The position numbers were made by a program, and so were the translations under genes. A stretch of DNA of 38,560 bases. Source: Gemmatimonadaceae bacterium (lineage in GTDB: Bacteria > Gemmatimonadota > Gemmatimonadetes > Gemmatimonadales > Gemmatimonadaceae). The notes beneath the pieces are model-generated. The model worked only from the letters and a program-made list of their open reading frames with translations. It searched no databases and had not been told where the DNA came from. Every line of letters starts with the position of its first letter. Position 1 is the stretch's first letter. Shown here one piece after another: positions 36,050 through 38,560 of the stretch. The DNA lies in contig JBBDYA010000033.1 in the NCBI GenBank assembly GCA_040902005.1, positions 1-38,560 of the forward strand, read 5' to 3'.

Positions 36050-38311
36050 ATGCAACGAGTTGAAACGATGTTCGCCGGCCGCAAGCTCACGATCGAGACT
36101 GGCCGCATGGCGAAACAGGCGGCCGGGTCCGCCCTGGTGCAGTACGGCGACACGATGGTGCTCGCCGCGGTCACCGTGAGCGACAAGCAGAGCCCGCTCC
36201 CGTTCTTCCCCCTCCTCGTTGAATACAAGGAGAAGACGTACGCCGCAGGGAAGATCCCGGGCGGCTTCATCAAGCGGGAAGGCCGGCCACACGACGGCGA
36301 GATTCTGTCCGCGCGCATCGTGGACCGCACGATTCGCCCGCTGTTCCCGGAAGGGTTTCAGAACGAGGTCCAGTGCTACATCTACGTGATCTCCGCGGAC
36401 CAGGAGAATGACGCCGACGTGCTCGCGATCGTCGCCGCGTCGTTCGCCATCAACGCGTCGAAGATCCCGTTCATGGGCCCGATCGCCGGCGTTCGCGTGG
36501 GCCGGCTCCAGGACAACTGGGTGCTGAATCCCACGTTCCAGCAGCTCGAATTCAGCGACATGGACATCGTGGTCGCCGGCTCGGCCGATTCGATCATCAT
36601 GGTCGAGGGCGGCGCGCTCGAAGTGAGCGAAGAGGACGTCGTGGAGGGCTTCACCATCGCCCACAAGGGCATCGGTGAGTTGATCAAGGTGCAGGAGGAC
36701 CTGCTCAAGAAGATCGATCGCCCGAAGAAGATGGAGTGGACCAAGGCACAGATTCCCGAGGGCCTCGAGGAGAGCGTCAAGAAGCTCGCGGAAGGGAAGA
36801 TCACCGAGGCGATCAACCGCAAGGACAAGCACACCCGCATCGAGGCGGTCGAGCGCGTGAAGATGGAGATCGCCGAGAAGCTGCTCGTCGATTTCCCGGA
36901 CAATTCGTCGCACATCAGGAACCTGCTCGGCGACGTGGAATACCACACGCTGCGCAGCCAGGTGCTCGACTCCGGATATCGCGTGGACGGACGCAAGCCG
37001 GCCGAGGTGCGCGCCATCACGGTCGACACCGGCTTGCTGCCGCGCTCACACGGATCCGCGCTGTTCACCCGTGGACAGACGCAGGCCCTCGTGGCCGTGA
37101 CGCTCGGGACCTCGAAGGACGTACAGCGACTGGACAGCATCGACGAGGCCAAGGAAACCACCAAGTCGTTCATGCTGCACTACAACTTCCCGCCATTCTC
37201 CACGGGCGAAGTGCGCCCCATGCGCGGCACGTCCCGCCGCGAGATCGGTCATGGGAACCTGGCCGAACGCGCCCTCCAGTCGGTGCTGCCGGCATTCGAG
37301 GAGTTCCCATACACCATTCGCATCGTCTCCGACGTGCTGGAGTCGAACGGATCGTCCTCCATGGCATCCATCTGCGGCGGATCCCTGGCGATGTTCGACT
37401 GCGGCGTTCCGCTGCGATCGGCGGTGGCCGGGGTGGCAATGGGCCTCATCAAGGAAGGGAAGAAGTACGCGGTCCTCACGGACATCCTGGGCACCGAGGA
37501 CCATCTGGGCGACATGGACTTCAAGGTGGCCGGCACGTCCACCGGGATCACGTCCATCCAGATGGACATCAAGATGCAGGGGCTGGATCTCAAGATCATG
37601 AAGGAAGCCCTGACCCAGGCGAAGGCCGGCCGGCTTCACATCCTGGCTGAGATGGACAAGGCTATGTCCCTTCCGAACAAGGAGTTGTCCCCCTACGCGC
37701 CGCGCATCGTGACGGTGCAGATCAGCCCGGAAAAGATTGGCGACCTCATTGGCCCCAAAGGCAAGACGATCCGTGGAATCCAGGAGGAAACGGGCTCCGA
37801 GATCGCCGTGGACGACAATGGCGTGGTCACCATCGCCGCGGTCGGCGGCGAGGCCATGGAGCGGGCGCGCCAGATGGTCCTGGCGATCACCGCAGAGCCG
37901 ATCGTGGGCGAGATCTACGAGGGACCGGTGAAGTCCACCACGGCGTTCGGCGCGTTCATCGAGATCATGCCCGGTACCGAGGGACTGCTCCACATCTCCG
38001 AGATGCGCCACGGCCGCACCGAGAAGACCGAGGACGTGGTCAAGAAGGGCGACCGGGTGAAGGTGAAGCTCATCGAGCGCGACGAGCGCGGCCGGCTGCG
38101 CCTGTCGCGAAAGGCGCTCATGCCCAAGCCCGAGGGAACGCCGGATGGCGAAGGCGGCCCTGCGGGTGGCGGGGCGGGCGGCGACGTCGGCAACGGCGGA
38201 GGCGAGAGCCGTCCAGAGAGCCACAGCGAAGGCCACAGCGAAGGCCACAGCGAAGGCCGCGGTGGTCGCGGTGGCCGCGGCCGTCCCAGGGAGCGCTCGC
38301 GCGAAAGGTGA
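36050..38311 (+). CDS. pnp: Polyribonucleotide nucleotidyltransferase
   Basis: GKIPGGFIKRE, FTRGQTQ, RREIGHG.LA, SNGSSSMAS, EDHLGDMDFKVAG, KH (IGPKGKTI) and S1 domains. Confidence 0.98.
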   Translation: MQRVETMFAGRKLTIETGRMAKQAAGSALVQYGDTMVLAAVTVSDKQSPLPFFPLLVEYKEKTYAAGKIPGGFIKREGRPHDGEILSARIVDRTIRPLFPEGFQNEVQCYIYVISADQENDADVLAIVAASFAINASKIPFMGPIAGVRVGRLQDNWVLNPTFQQLEFSDMDIVVAGSADSIIMVEGGALEVSEEDVVEGFTIAHKGIGELIKVQEDLLKKIDRPKKMEWTKAQIPEGLEESVKKLAEGKITEAINRKDKHTRIEAVERVKMEIAEKLLVDFPDNSSHIRNLLGDVEYHTLRSQVLDSGYRVDGRKPAEVRAITVDTGLLPRSHGSALFTRGQTQALVAVTLGTSKDVQRLDSIDEAKETTKSFMLHYNFPPFSTGEVRPMRGTSRREIGHGNLAERALQSVLPAFEEFPYTIRIVSDVLESNGSSSMASICGGSLAMFDCGVPLRSAVAGVAMGLIKEGKKYAVLTDILGTEDHLGDMDFKVAGTSTGITSIQMDIKMQGLDLKIMKEALTQAKAGRLHILAEMDKAMSLPNKELSPYAPRIVTVQISPEKIGDLIGPKGKTIRGIQEETGSEIAVDDNGVVTIAAVGGEAMERARQMVLAITAEPIVGEIYEGPVKSTTAFGAFIEIMPGTEGLLHISEMRHGRTEKTEDVVKKGDRVKVKLIERDERGRLRLSRKALMPKPEGTPDGEGGPAGGGAGGDVGNGGGESRPESHSEGHSEGHSEGRGGRGGRGRPRERSRER
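38221..38256 (+). repeat. 12-bp tandem repeat x3 (CCACAGCGAAGG) in the pnp 3' end
   Basis: Exact triplication encoding HSEG-HSEG-HSEG. Confidence 0.9.
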
Positions 38312-38560
38312 GCGTCCGCGACGAGGCGCGAGAAGGGGGGGGTCTCCGTCGCACCACGCTGCCCAATGGCCTGACCGTACTCTCGGAATTCATGCCGGGA
38401 GTACGGTCGGTTGCTATCGGGTCCTGGGTGCGCGCGGCATCGCTGCACGAGCGGCGCGACCGCATGGGCGTGTCCCACCTGCTCGAACACATGGTGTTTA
38501 AGGGCACGCGCCGCCGCAGCGCCAAGGAGATCGCGCTCTCGCTCGAATCGCTGGGCGGGT
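38308..38560 (+). CDS. M16 family (pitrilysin-like) peptidase, 5' part; runs off the window
   Basis: Own translation from GTG 38308 (GTGA overlap with pnp): ...TTLPNGLTVLSE...GVSHLLEHMVFKGT; HxxEH motif. Not in the ORF track. Confidence 0.92.
   Translation, partial: MSVRDEAREGGGLRRTTLPNGLTVLSEFMPGVRSVAIGSWVRAASLHERRDRMGVSHLLEHMVFKGTRRRSAKEIALSLESLGG

Noticed and set aside
38221..38283. Short repeats as a CRISPR-like array
   Set aside because: 12-bp and 9-bp in-frame coding repeats with no spacers and no cas genes.
38335..38342. G8 tract as a frameshift in the terminal M16 gene
   Set aside because: Translation from GTG 38308 stays in frame through GGG-GGG-GGT into the HLLEH motif.

Overview
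High-GC bacterial chromosome segment made mostly of core housekeeping genes. The gene content and protein style (CarboxypepD_reg repeat protein, extended bS1/uS2, short EF-Ts) suggest Gemmatimonadota; this is an inference. Order: 3' part of tRNA-Gly(GCC); tRNA-Leu(TAA); a YejM/PbgA-like membrane sulfatase-fold protein; a coupled operon M20 peptidase-asd-lysC-dapB-dapA-dapD-aroA-cmk, then rpsA; a block of secreted proteins (DUF2914-like, amidohydrolase, histidine phosphatase, M16 peptidase, PQQ sugar dehydrogenase); a dispersed acyl-CoA carboxylase (CT, BC, BCCP) interleaved with a CarboxypepD_reg/plug protein, a Spy/CpxP-like protein, a response regulator and an RlmD-type methyltransferase; a TolB-like lipoprotein; rplM-rpsI-rpsB-tsf-pyrH-frr-cdsA-dxr-rseP; rpsO-pnp and the start of a second M16 peptidase. 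I saw no mobile element, CRISPR array or defence system, and no clear multi-gene novel system. The best oddities are: the YejM-like CDS runs up to and in frame through tRNA-Leu(UAA) with no canonical start before its first TM helix; uppS is cleanly missing between frr and cdsA; leaderless-type promoters, including a back-to-back pair in 35 bp; template-strand G-quadruplex motifs before both genes of one operon; and a PccA-like subunit split around an rRNA methyltransferase gene.
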